A DNA stretch of 64,000 nucleotides, from assembly GCA_963668655.2 (NCBI GenBank), contig CAXXPQ010000001.1, positions 663,318 to 727,317 of the forward strand, read 5' to 3'. Below are positions 18,613-28,090 of the stretch, in pieces (position 1 is the first letter of the stretch; each line of letters opens with the position of its first letter). The notes under the pieces are model-generated. The model was not told where the DNA came from, did no database searches, and was given only the letters and a program-made list of their open reading frames with translations. This stretch comes from Myxococcota bacterium (GTDB lineage: Bacteria; Myxococcota_A; SURF-8). Made by a program: the position numbers and the translations under genes.

Positions 18613-19770
18613 ATGACGTTCAGAATTCAACACAACATCGCCTCGATTACGGCCAACCGGCATCTTGGCCACAACCACGACATGCTGAGCAAGTCGCTGG
18701 AGAGGCTGTCGTCCGGTTATCAGATCAACCACGCCTCCGACGACGCCGTGGGCATGGCCGTATCCATGCGTTTCCGAGCGGAAATCGCTTCCTTGAAGAT
18801 GGCCTCCCGGAATTCCCAGCAGGCCACCAGCCTGCTCCAGGTGGCGGAAGGAGCGCTGGATCAGCTCGAACTCATCATTATTAGAATGAAGGAACTGGCC
18901 ACCCAGGCCGCCTCCGGAAACACCGGCTCCGACCGCGCCAAGATCGATCTGGAAGTTTCCGCCCTGGAGGACGAAATCTCCCGTATCGTCGGATATACGC
19001 GTTACGACGGCCGCACCCTGCTGGACGGCTCCTTCGGTGCCACGGCGCTCAGCAGCACCGCCCCGGTGGGCCTGACCAACGGAAACGGCATCGAGCACAT
19101 CGACGTGGCCAACGGCGATGGAGACACGACCTATTTCGTCTCCGCCCTGGATACCACCAGCAATACCATTACCATGTCCGACGGCACCACCTCCCAGCAG
19201 CTTTCCTATCCGGAACCCTCGACGATGGGTCCGAACGACAACTTCGAGCTGGACTTCAGCGACTTGGGCGTGAAGCTCATCATCAACAGCGCCTTCGACG
19301 AAACCGGCAGCATCACCGCCGGCACCGCGAGTACCGGCTCGCGTTTTTCCACCGGGGCGACGGGAACGGCCACGTTCCAGATCGGCGACAGAAACGACGC
19401 GGACAGCCAGGTCAGCTTCACCCTTCCCGATCTTCAGCTTTCGGCCCTGCTGGCCGGATCTCAACTGGACGTGGATCTCAGCACCCAGGAAAGCTCGCAG
19501 ACCGCCGTGGACGACCTGGACACCGCCATCGACTTTCTGGCCGAGAAGCGCGGCGAGGTGGGCGCGCTCATCAACCGTCTGACCTACGCCAACAGCAATC
19601 TGGCCGTTTCCATCGAAAACAAGACGGCCTCGGAATCGGTCATTCGCGACGTGGACATGGCGGCGGAGATGAGCGAATTCACCAAGCACAACATCCTGAT
19701 CCAGTCCAACGTCTCCATGCTGGCCCAGGCCAACAACATCCAGCAATCGGTGCTCCAGTTGCTGCAATAA
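18613..19770 (+). CDS. fliC: Flagellin
   Basis: AAGGAGG RBS. Conserved flagellin N-terminus (RIQHNIASI..LSSGYQINHASDDAVGMAVS..LQVAEGAL) and C-terminus (IRDVDMAAEMSEFTKHNILIQS..MLAQANN). Confidence 0.95.
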   Translation: MTFRIQHNIASITANRHLGHNHDMLSKSLERLSSGYQINHASDDAVGMAVSMRFRAEIASLKMASRNSQQATSLLQVAEGALDQLELIIIRMKELATQAASGNTGSDRAKIDLEVSALEDEISRIVGYTRYDGRTLLDGSFGATALSSTAPVGLTNGNGIEHIDVANGDGDTTYFVSALDTTSNTITMSDGTTSQQLSYPEPSTMGPNDNFELDFSDLGVKLIINSAFDETGSITAGTASTGSRFSTGATGTATFQIGDRNDADSQVSFTLPDLQLSALLAGSQLDVDLSTQESSQTAVDDLDTAIDFLAEKRGEVGALINRLTYANSNLAVSIENKTASESVIRDVDMAAEMSEFTKHNILIQSNVSMLAQANNIQQSVLQLLQ

Positions 19771-19775
19771 GGCCA

Positions 19776-19795
19776 GGGGGGCCTCTTGGCCCCTT
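19776..19795 (+). terminator. Weak terminator-like hairpin after fliC-1
   Basis: GGGGCC-TCTT-GGCCCC stem-loop lies 6 nt after the stop. The U-tract is poor. Confidence 0.35.
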
Positions 19796-20246
19796 GACCG
19801 GATCTTTAAGATAAGAATCCGGATCGGCGGCTGCGCCGGCGAAAGGGGGGAGCGCGGACGCTGATTCGTTAATAATGCCTGTATTATCAGGTAGATGAAA
19901 GATCTTTGACAAGTTGGACGGTGTACTTGGAAACTCGGACTTTCCCGATCTTGAAGGAAGGCCGGACGTTTTTTCTCAAGAACCCTCCCCGAACGGTCGA
20001 ATGGTTGTCGCGGAAGTTGAAAACGCGATCATTGACAGTCAACACGGAATCGACAGCGGCCATCGCGCGGGAAAGGAGGAGACGGAGGAAAAGCGCACGG
20101 GCCGGGGCTGCGGCAAGGCCCGGACTTCGCCGGCCGCCGACGGGCATCGATCGTCGGAACGTTCTTTACAATATTTCTGTTTGTCTTCATTTACTGAGAC
20201 CTAAAGGGCAAGGACGCCCGTCAGGAAACTTTCAAGGAGGAAAGTC

Positions 20247-21416
20247 ATGAGTTTCAGAATCCAGAACAACATCTCCGCAATGAATTCGCTTCGCAATCTC
20301 AACCGCGCCGAATCCGACATGGGAAAGTCGCTGCAGCGGTTGTCGTCCGGCTATCGCATCAACAGCGCGGCCGATGACGCGGCCGGTATGGCGTCGTCCA
20401 TGCGTTTCCGTGGGGAAATCTCCTCTCTGAAACAGGCCAGCCGCAACGCGTCGGAAGCCACCAGTCTGTTGCAGGTGGCGGAAGGAGCCATCGGCGAGAT
20501 CAACCTCATCCTCAACCGGATGAAGGAACTGGCCACCCAGGCCGCTTCCGGTAACGCCGGAAACGACTTGGCCAAGATCCAGGCGGAAAACACCCAGCTG
20601 ATCGCTGAAATCGATCGTATCTCGGGATTTACCGAGTACAACGGCGCCTCGCTCCTGAACGGCTCCTACGGATCGGTTTCTCTCAGCACCAGCACCAACG
20701 GCTTCACCAACGCCAACGGTGTGGAGAAGATCGACGTGACCAACGCGCGTCAGAACTCCATCTACTACGTCTCCGCCGTCAGCGCCACGGCCAAGACCAT
20801 GACGATCTCGGAGTACGACTCCACCGCCGGCGCCACCACCACGAGCCAGACGGTGGATCTGACCGACGCCATGGCCAACACGGACGTGAACACGGACGTG
20901 GAACTGAACTTCGGCTCCCTGGGCCTGAAGGTCACCGTGAACGCCGACTTCGACGTCACCGACTACACGGCGGGCGATCAGACCTCGGGTTCGCGCTTCG
21001 ACACCCAGGCGGCGCTGGGACAGGCCGCGTTCCAGATCGGACACAAGAACGACGCCAACAGCAAGTTGCAGTTCAACCTGTCCGATGTCTCGGCCAGCGG
21101 CCTTTCCGTGGACACCGCCAGCCTGGCTTCCCAGTCCTCGGCGCAGTCGGCGCTGACCTCGATCACCAACGCCATCGACACCCTGTCCAGCCGGCGTGGT
21201 GACATCGGCGCCTTGATGAACCGGCTCTCCTACGCCCAATCCAACCTCGCGTCCACCATCGAGAACAAGACGGCTTCCGATTCCGTCATCCGCGATGTGG
21301 ACATGGCCGGCGAGATGAGCACGTTCACCAAGAACCAGATCCTGGTCCAGGCCGGCACCGCCATGCTGGCCCAGGCGAATCAGACGCCGCAGAACGTCTT
21401 GTCCCTGATCCGATAA
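20247..21416 (+). CDS. fliC: Flagellin (second paralog)
   Basis: AAGGAGG RBS. Conserved flagellin termini (RIQNNISAM..LSSGYRINSAADDAAGMAS.. and ..IRDVDMAGEMSTFTKNQILVQAGTAMLAQANQ). The central domain is divergent from copy 1. Confidence 0.95.
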   Translation: MSFRIQNNISAMNSLRNLNRAESDMGKSLQRLSSGYRINSAADDAAGMASSMRFRGEISSLKQASRNASEATSLLQVAEGAIGEINLILNRMKELATQAASGNAGNDLAKIQAENTQLIAEIDRISGFTEYNGASLLNGSYGSVSLSTSTNGFTNANGVEKIDVTNARQNSIYYVSAVSATAKTMTISEYDSTAGATTTSQTVDLTDAMANTDVNTDVELNFGSLGLKVTVNADFDVTDYTAGDQTSGSRFDTQAALGQAAFQIGHKNDANSKLQFNLSDVSASGLSVDTASLASQSSAQSALTSITNAIDTLSSRRGDIGALMNRLSYAQSNLASTIENKTASDSVIRDVDMAGEMSTFTKNQILVQAGTAMLAQANQTPQNVLSLIR

Positions 21417-21424
21417 ACCTTGCT

Positions 21425-21453
21425 CCGGCGGGGTGCGGATCGCGCCCCGCCGG
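21425..21453 (+). terminator. Terminator-like hairpin after fliC-2
   Basis: CCGGCGGGGTGCG-GAT-CGCGCCCCGCCGG gives a ~13-bp stem. Only a short U-containing tail (ACUUUG) follows. Confidence 0.45.
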
Positions 21454-21532
21454 ACTTTGATCCTTGAAATCAAGCGGCTGGAAAGCAGGCGGACCGGCCT
21501 GCCTTTCGCCGTTTCCAGGAAGAGGTAGACTC

Positions 21533-21916
21533 ATGATTGAGATCACCAAATATCTGAGTTCGACCCAGGGCAATCGGCAGGCCAAGGCCGTCGATCCGGT
21601 GCAGAAAAGCCAGCCCACGGACAACGAGCGTCGTCAGATGGAGGATGTCACGGCCCGGAAGGAAGAGGCCAAGGCGGAAAACATGGAGATGGAGGATCTG
21701 GAGGATCTTTCGTCGAAGATCAACGAATTTTTCGAAAGCTCCAATCTCCGGTTGAATCTCTCCATCCACAAGGAGACCGATCGGGTCGTTTCGAAGCTGA
21801 TTAATCAGGAAAGCGGCGAGGTGGTGCGCGAGTTCCCCCCGAAAGAAATCCTGGACATGATCGTCAGGCTTCGTAAATTGACCGACAACGGCATTCTGGT
21901 GGACGAGCGAACCTGA
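21533..21916 (+). CDS. flaG: Flagellar protein FlaG
   Basis: The internal ATG at 21533 has a GGAAGAGG RBS. The C-terminal region (LRLNLSIHKETDRVVSKLINQESGEVVREFPPKEILDM) is typical of FlaG. It sits between fliC and fliD. Confidence 0.8.
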   Translation: MIEITKYLSSTQGNRQAKAVDPVQKSQPTDNERRQMEDVTARKEEAKAENMEMEDLEDLSSKINEFFESSNLRLNLSIHKETDRVVSKLINQESGEVVREFPPKEILDMIVRLRKLTDNGILVDERT

Positions 21917-22002
21917 AAACCGTACACCGTCCGGCCTGTTTCACGGCATCCACGCCGGTCCGGAAAAAGGCCGGTCAACCCCCATGAGACGGGAGCAACG
22001 CG

Positions 22003-25000
22003 ATGCAGTACATCTCCGGACTGTCGTCGGGAATCGACTGGCGCAACATGATCGATCAGATGATCGCCGTCGATCATCAGGTGGTGGACAACCTGACCAC
22101 CCAGCGCAGCGGACTGGAAAGCAAACAGAAAGCCTGGCAGGAAATCAACACGAAGCTGTCGGCGCTGAAGAGCGCGGCCGAAAAGCTTCGTGATCTTGAC
22201 AACTTCAGCGTGTTCACCACCGCGCTGAGCTCCAATTCCAGCACGGACGCGGAAGACATTCTGTCCGCCGCCGTGGGGTCCGGCGCATCCCTGGGAACCT
22301 TCGATGTCGTCGTGTCCCAGACCGCCACCTATGAAAAACTGAGTTCCAACAGTTTCGATTCCGTCAGCGACGCCCTGGGACTTTCCGGGGAATTTCTGCT
22401 GGGGGGACAGCGAATCAACATCGCCGCTTCCGACTCGCTCGCCGCCATCCGAACCAAGATCGAGAACGCCAATTCCGGAGACACGCCTTCGTCCGTCTCC
22501 GCCTCCATCATGACCACTTCAGAGGGCCAGTATCGCCTGGTGCTGACCTCCGACGATTCGGGAGCCGACGGCATCGACATCCGCGACTCCTCCGCGACGG
22601 ATCTGGTTCAGGCGCTGGGATTCACGGACAGCAGCACCTCCATCCGCGAGGCCACCAGTTCCGGCGCGCTTTCCGTCTCCTTTTCCAGCTCCGATACGGC
22701 CGTTTCATCGCTTCTGAACCTGACCGCCGCGCCCACGGGAACCGTGACCATCGGCGCCTACGGCGGAATCAGTCTGGATCTTTCCAAGAGCCTGGAACAG
22801 ATCAAGGACGACATCAACGCCGCAGCCGGGGCCTCCATCGCCAGCATCGTCCAGGAAGAAGGCGACGACGGCGACACCACCTACCAGCTCAAACTGGTGG
22901 GAACCAGCTACGCCGACGACGGCAACGTGCTGGAATCGCTGGGGATTCTTTCGGGAGGGCACGGCAGCGTACAGGAAGTGCATCAAAGCGACGCTCTGAG
23001 CAAAAGCACCGCCGCCGGTGGAGGGGTCATCGACGCTTTCACGTCCTTTTCCCAGATCGACACGGGAAGCGGCCTGAACAACATCGCCAACGGAGACACC
23101 ATCACTCTTTCCGGCGTGGACCACAGCGGAAACACCTTCTCGGATACGTTCACCATCACCAATGCCGCCGGCACCACGGTGGGAGATCTGCTGACGGAGA
23201 TCGAATCCCTGTTCGCCGGCGCGGGCAGCTCCGTCACCGCATCCGTGGACGCCAGCGGTAAAATCACCGTTACCGACGACACCGGCGGCGACAGCCAGCT
23301 GAGTCTGAATCTGGTGGCCAACAACGAAGGCGGAGGCACCCTGGATTTCGGAGAAATCGAGGCCGTCACCGACGGACGCGCCATGCAGGTGCAGGCGGGA
23401 CGGAACGCCGTGCTCACCGTGGACGGCGTGCGTCTGGAACGGGAATCCAATTCCGTGGACGACGCCATCGCGGGGGTGACGCTGAACCTCGCCAAGGCCG
23501 ACAGCAGCACCGTCACCGTGAGCATCGACCGCGATAAAAGCGAAATCACGGGGATGGCCAACAGTTTCGTAAAAGGATACAACTCGGTGGCGAGCTGGAT
23601 TCGGGAGCAGACCAAGTACGACGAGGAAACGGAGTCCACCGGCGGGCCGCTTTTCGGGGACAGCACGCTCACCAACGTCCAGACCCAGTTGCTGAATCTG
23701 GTCATCAATACGGTGGACGGCGCGTCGTCGTCGCTCAACACGCTGGCGGCGGCGGGAATCAGCTTGCAGGAAGACGGCCAGCTCGAACTGGACAGCACCA
23801 AATTCCAGGGATACATCGACACCGATTTCCAGAACCTGACCCGACTTTTCGCGGCCCAGGGCAGCGGATCCATCGGATCCATCGAATACATGTCCTATTC
23901 CCGGGACACCAAGGCGGGCGCCTACGACGTGAACATCACCCAGGTGGCTGAACAGGCCTCCGCCACCGGTTCCGTCGATCTGAGTTCCGGCATCGCGGGC
24001 GCGGAGACGCTGACCCTGACCGACAAAGTCACCGGCCAGGTGGCCGTGGTGGAGATCGAATCCGGCTGGACCACCGACGCCATCGTCAACGCCATCAACT
24101 CGGAAATGGCCCGGAATTATACCCACGTCCTCACCGAGGGGGGCGCGGGAAACACGATCGTCGGCGGGGGGAGCATCACCAGTTCCACCAAATTAAACCT
24201 GATCGACACCACCGGCGGCGGGAACGATCTTTCCAACGGCGACCGCATCACTTTTTCCGGAACGAAACGCAACGGGATCGAGGTTCAGGGTTTCTTCGAA
24301 ATCACGGACGTGGCCGATCAGACCGTGGGAGATCTCCTGGAAAACATCGAGCAGATTCTGGGCGACGAGGTGGACGCCACCATCGACACGAGCGGACACA
24401 TTGTCATCACGGACAAGACCAGCGGTATGAGCCAGATCTCGCTCAACCTCGGGTACGTGGGAGATGGCAGCCTGTCCTTAGGCTCCGTGGACACCAGTAC
24501 CACCGGACGCTATGCCATCGATATCACGGCGGAAAACGACGGGTCCGGACATGTGACGCTGCGTCATGACGATTACGGATCGGCCGCCGGATACACCGTG
24601 GCATCCGCCAACGGATTTCTGGGAATCACCAGTCAGGAATACGTCGGGCAGGACGTGGCGGGAACCATCAACGGCGAGTTGGCCACCGGATCGGGGCAGG
24701 TGCTTTCCGGAAATTCCGGCTCCAACAACATCGACGGACTGGTGATGAAATACACCGGGACGGCGACGGGAAACGTGGGAACCCTCTCCATGACCCTGGG
24801 TTTCGGGGAGGATCTGGAACGCATTCTATACGGCTTCACGGATCCGTATTCGGGCTTGATCGACGCCAAGAACGAAGGATACGACAGCTCCATCGACTCG
24901 ATCAACGAACAGATCGATCGCATGGAAAGCCGGTTGCAACTTCGCCGGCAGACGTTGGTAAACCAGTTTCTGGCCATGGAAAAAATGATGAATACGCTTC

Positions 25001-25044
25001 AGAGCCAGGGGTCGTGGCTTTCGGCCCAGCTCTCGAACATGTAG
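22003..25044 (+). CDS. fliD: Flagellar filament cap protein FliD, unusually long (1013 aa)
   Basis: N-terminus ISGLSSGIDWRNMIDQMIAVD is FliD-like. The C-terminal coiled region (RLQLRRQTLVNQFLAMEKMMNTLQSQGSWL) is also FliD-like. The central part contains duplicated insert domains. Confidence 0.9.
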   Translation: MQYISGLSSGIDWRNMIDQMIAVDHQVVDNLTTQRSGLESKQKAWQEINTKLSALKSAAEKLRDLDNFSVFTTALSSNSSTDAEDILSAAVGSGASLGTFDVVVSQTATYEKLSSNSFDSVSDALGLSGEFLLGGQRINIAASDSLAAIRTKIENANSGDTPSSVSASIMTTSEGQYRLVLTSDDSGADGIDIRDSSATDLVQALGFTDSSTSIREATSSGALSVSFSSSDTAVSSLLNLTAAPTGTVTIGAYGGISLDLSKSLEQIKDDINAAAGASIASIVQEEGDDGDTTYQLKLVGTSYADDGNVLESLGILSGGHGSVQEVHQSDALSKSTAAGGGVIDAFTSFSQIDTGSGLNNIANGDTITLSGVDHSGNTFSDTFTITNAAGTTVGDLLTEIESLFAGAGSSVTASVDASGKITVTDDTGGDSQLSLNLVANNEGGGTLDFGEIEAVTDGRAMQVQAGRNAVLTVDGVRLERESNSVDDAIAGVTLNLAKADSSTVTVSIDRDKSEITGMANSFVKGYNSVASWIREQTKYDEETESTGGPLFGDSTLTNVQTQLLNLVINTVDGASSSLNTLAAAGISLQEDGQLELDSTKFQGYIDTDFQNLTRLFAAQGSGSIGSIEYMSYSRDTKAGAYDVNITQVAEQASATGSVDLSSGIAGAETLTLTDKVTGQVAVVEIESGWTTDAIVNAINSEMARNYTHVLTEGGAGNTIVGGGSITSSTKLNLIDTTGGGNDLSNGDRITFSGTKRNGIEVQGFFEITDVADQTVGDLLENIEQILGDEVDATIDTSGHIVITDKTSGMSQISLNLGYVGDGSLSLGSVDTSTTGRYAIDITAENDGSGHVTLRHDDYGSAAGYTVASANGFLGITSQEYVGQDVAGTINGELATGSGQVLSGNSGSNNIDGLVMKYTGTATGNVGTLSMTLGFGEDLERILYGFTDPYSGLIDAKNEGYDSSIDSINEQIDRMESRLQLRRQTLVNQFLAMEKMMNTLQSQGSWLSAQLSNM

Positions 25045-25078
25045 CGGCGGCGATGGAGATCGCGTAAAGGAGCGAACG

Positions 25079-25546
25079 ATGGCGGCGAATCCTTATTCCA
25101 AGTACAAAAAAATGCAGGTGGAAACCACCGATCCCGTACGCCTGGTGATTATGCTGTACGACGGCGCCGTCAAGGCCCTGCGGCTGGCCATGAAGTACGC
25201 GCGGGAAAAGGATTTCGAGAAAAAGGGGCGGGAAATGATGCGCGCCCACGATATTATTTTCGAACTCCTGTCCACCCTGGATCGCGAAAACGGTGGAGAG
25301 ATCGCCAAGAATCTGGAATCGCTGTATGTTTACATGCTACGCGGCATCCTGGAATCCAACGCCAGCAACGATTTCGGAAAGATGGAGGAGATCATCGGCC
25401 ATCTGGAAACCCTGAACGACGGCTGGCGCGCCCTGGCGAGGCAGCGCGGCGCGGAAACGTCGGCCGTGAACCGGGAAGAGACCGGCGGAACGAAAAAAGC
25501 GGGCACGGAAAGTCTTCTGAACGCTTACTCGGGGAAAACGTTGTGA
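25079..25546 (+). CDS. fliS: Flagellar export chaperone FliS
   Basis: AAGGAG RBS. Motifs YKKMQVETTDPVRLVIMLYDGAVKAL and IIFELLSTLD..GGEIAKNLESLYVYM are FliS-like. Confidence 0.9.
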   Translation: MAANPYSKYKKMQVETTDPVRLVIMLYDGAVKALRLAMKYAREKDFEKKGREMMRAHDIIFELLSTLDRENGGEIAKNLESLYVYMLRGILESNASNDFGKMEEIIGHLETLNDGWRALARQRGAETSAVNREETGGTKKAGTESLLNAYSGKTL

Positions 25547-25977
25547 AAGCGGCGCCGAAAGATCTGAAAAGGAGCGAGTTTTTCAAGCAGCTCGTTCACT
25601 TTTTCGAAGCCTACCTGGTCCTGACCCGTCAGGTTCGGGACAATGTGGAAGCGGGCGAAGTGGAGCGGGTGGCCCGTTTCCTGGTGCTGCGCCAGGAAAC
25701 CATCGAGCGCATCGAAGCGCTTCAGAAACTCTTCCCGAAACACCTGGAAATTCCCATCGAAAAGGAAAATAACGGCGAAGTTTTCGAGCTTCGGGAACGT
25801 TTGCGCAGCATCGTGACCGATTGCCTGACGGTGGAACGGAACCTGGAGCCGAAAATGAAGGCCTTGAAGGAAAACAGTCGTCGCGAGGCGGAGACCATCG
25901 CCAGCCGCACGCGCGGCATTCGCGGTTACACGCAGTACGCCGACCGCCGCGCCCGCTACATCCAGCAGCATAAGTAG
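25543..25977 (+). CDS. Hypothetical helical protein in flagellar operon (possible FliT/FlgN-like chaperone)
   Basis: The GTG start overlaps the fliS stop (GTGA). 144 aa, helical and charged. No recognisable motif, so the function is inferred from position only. Confidence 0.5.
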   Translation: MKAAPKDLKRSEFFKQLVHFFEAYLVLTRQVRDNVEAGEVERVARFLVLRQETIERIEALQKLFPKHLEIPIEKENNGEVFELRERLRSIVTDCLTVERNLEPKMKALKENSRREAETIASRTRGIRGYTQYADRRARYIQQHK

Positions 25978-26233
25978 AAGGCAACCTCTAAAAATACATA
26001 TTCCGTTGCGAACGAATTTTTTCGATATGGATCTTTTCCTCCTTTCTCGACGTATCTGGTTGATATGCCTGCTATTGTTTTTTCCTTTCTTGATGGAGCA
26101 GTTCCCGAAACCGGAGAGACTTTCCGCCTGATGAAAGGAAACCTTGCGGCCGGAGGCAGAACACGGCCCGTGGGTGTTTTCCTCCGCCCGGAAAGAGCGC
26201 AGGCTGCGATTTTCGTTCACTGCGTTTTTCGTC

Positions 26234-26263
26234 TTGTCCGAGGCGAATGCGTTATGGTATAAA
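26234..26263 (+). promoter_or_regulatory. Putative promoter giving a leaderless mRNA (TTGTCC-N18-TGgTATAAA)
   Basis: The extended -10 TGGTATAAA ends at 26263, 6 nt before the ATG at 26270. No SD lies in between (AATAGT). Confidence 0.35.
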
Positions 26264-26269
26264 AATAGT

Positions 26270-27880
26270 ATGAAAAGAAAACACGCATGGAGCGCCGCCC
26301 TCCTCATGGCGGTGGTGGGGTTGATGCTTCTGGCCTGCTCGTCCGACGACGTGGCCGGAAACGGGGACACGGATTTTTCCGAATTTCCCGATGACGGCGA
26401 CCTGGAAACCGACGACTGGACGCCCATGGACGGCGACGAGGACGCGGACATGGATACGGAGCCGGACGGCGAACAACCGCCGGGCGACGAAGACACGACG
26501 GACGGCGACGCGGATCCGGACCTGGACGCCGAGCCCGAGCCGGAACTGGAGCCCGAGCCCGAGCCGGACATGGAACCGGAGGCCGAACCGGAGCCGGAAC
26601 CCGAGATGGAACCCGAGGCGGAGGAGGAATCCGAACCGCCGGTGACCTGCCAGGCCACGGACGATCCCCTGGATTTCGTTTCGCTTTTGGCTTTCCCCGA
26701 ACTGCGTGGTTCGGCCTATGCCTACGAGGGGGAAATCTCGGACGCCTGCCAGGCGGACGGATTTCTCGTGGCGGGCGCGAAGGGGATGGAAGTTTCCTTC
26801 ACCCTGAGTTTCCGAAGCCTGGACCGTCCCCTGGTGGGGCGGCTGCTCATCACCGACGTGGCCGGCGCTTCCGGACGGCGGGAGCCGGTGGTGCTGTTCG
26901 ACGAAACCATGAGCTTCCCCCTGGCTCCGGTCAACGCCACGTTCACCCTGCCGTATTCCGGCGAGTTTCTGGTGGCGGTTTCCGGGAAGGATCTGGAAAG
27001 CACGGGACTGTACGGCTTCGAGGCACAGTGCGTGAGCAACTGCACGCGGCGCTTCACCCGTCATCCCGTTGTGCTGATGCACGGCATGGCGGGTTGGGAT
27101 ACCACCCTGGGATTCTACAACTATTTCCTGGGCGTGGAAGACGACTTGGTGGAGCGCGGATACAACGTCCACGTCACCGAAGTGGCCATGTTCAACGACT
27201 CGATTTACCGCGCCAACGAGATTGAATCCCAACTGATGGATATCCTTACGGAAACGGGTGCCCGCAAGATCGATATCATCGCCCACAGCCAGGGCGGCAT
27301 CGACGCCCGGCACTTCATCAGCGGCATGGGGCACCCGGATGACGTGGCGGTGGTGGCTATGGTGGCCACGCCCAACCGGGGTGTGATCCTGGGCGATATG
27401 GTGCTCGGCACCGTCCAGGGCGTCAGCCGGGAGGTGATCGCCTCCATCGTGGACTTCTTCGGCAATCTCCTGGACGGCAGCGACAGCGACATCGAGGCGG
27501 CCCTGGCCCAGATCTCGGTGGAGCAGATGGAAGAGCATTTCAATCCGGAGCATCCGGACGTACCCGGGGTGGAATACTGGTCCTGGGCGGGCCTGACCTG
27601 CGGCATGCTGGACTTCAGCTGCCGGGGCGACCATGGTGGCGAATGGGTCAACCCGGCCATGAGCCTGACCTTCGGCCTCATCAACATGGAGGGCGAAGAC
27701 CACATCGGGTACGGTCCCAACGACGGCATGGTGCCGTTGAACAGTGCCCGCTACGGCGAATTCATGGGGACCGTCAACGCCGACCACGCAGATGAAATCG
27801 GCCAGTTGAAGACGGGCGACTTCGACCATAAAGCCTTCTATCGGGACATCGCCGACCTGATCTACGTCCGCGGTTTCTAA
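26270..27880 (+). CDS. Family I-type triacylglycerol lipase lipoprotein with polyacidic EP tether and N-terminal beta-rich domain
   Basis: Lipobox LMLLAC. About 110 aa of D/E/P spacer. Lipase motifs HPVVLMHGMAGW, AHSQGG (GXSXG) and NDGMVP..ADHADEIG (Asp/His). Confidence 0.85.
   Translation: MKRKHAWSAALLMAVVGLMLLACSSDDVAGNGDTDFSEFPDDGDLETDDWTPMDGDEDADMDTEPDGEQPPGDEDTTDGDADPDLDAEPEPELEPEPEPDMEPEAEPEPEPEMEPEAEEESEPPVTCQATDDPLDFVSLLAFPELRGSAYAYEGEISDACQADGFLVAGAKGMEVSFTLSFRSLDRPLVGRLLITDVAGASGRREPVVLFDETMSFPLAPVNATFTLPYSGEFLVAVSGKDLESTGLYGFEAQCVSNCTRRFTRHPVVLMHGMAGWDTTLGFYNYFLGVEDDLVERGYNVHVTEVAMFNDSIYRANEIESQLMDILTETGARKIDIIAHSQGGIDARHFISGMGHPDDVAVVAMVATPNRGVILGDMVLGTVQGVSREVIASIVDFFGNLLDGSDSDIEAALAQISVEQMEEHFNPEHPDVPGVEYWSWAGLTCGMLDFSCRGDHGGEWVNPAMSLTFGLINMEGEDHIGYGPNDGMVPLNSARYGEFMGTVNADHADEIGQLKTGDFDHKAFYRDIADLIYVRGF
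26531..26640 (+). repeat. Coding (GAR-CCN)n repeat encoding EPEPELEPEPEPDMEPEAEPEPEPEMEPEAEEE
   Basis: Visible tandem GAGCCC/GAGCCG/GAACCG units lie inside the lipase gene. Confidence 0.85.
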
Positions 27881-28090
27881 GTCTTTTTCCGCTTCGGCGG
27901 CCGATCCCGGCCGCGCCGTATCCCGCACCCGAAAATTCGCTTCAAAATTAATCCGTTTTTCCGGAATAGGATGTGTCTTTCCGTAATCAATAGAGGTGCA
28001 AATGGAAAACGCCCGGCCTCCGGTCGGGAAAACGGATGGAACGGATCTTTCGTTTAATCTATTGAAATTTATAACGGACAGGAGATGACC

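Noticed and set aside
19906-20250. 114-aa ORF (and overlapping 96-aa and 86-aa ORFs) in the spacer between the flagellin genes
   Set aside because: There is no RBS, the composition is basic and low-complexity, and the ORF runs into the fliC-2 SD and start. I treat it as non-coding leader or promoter region.
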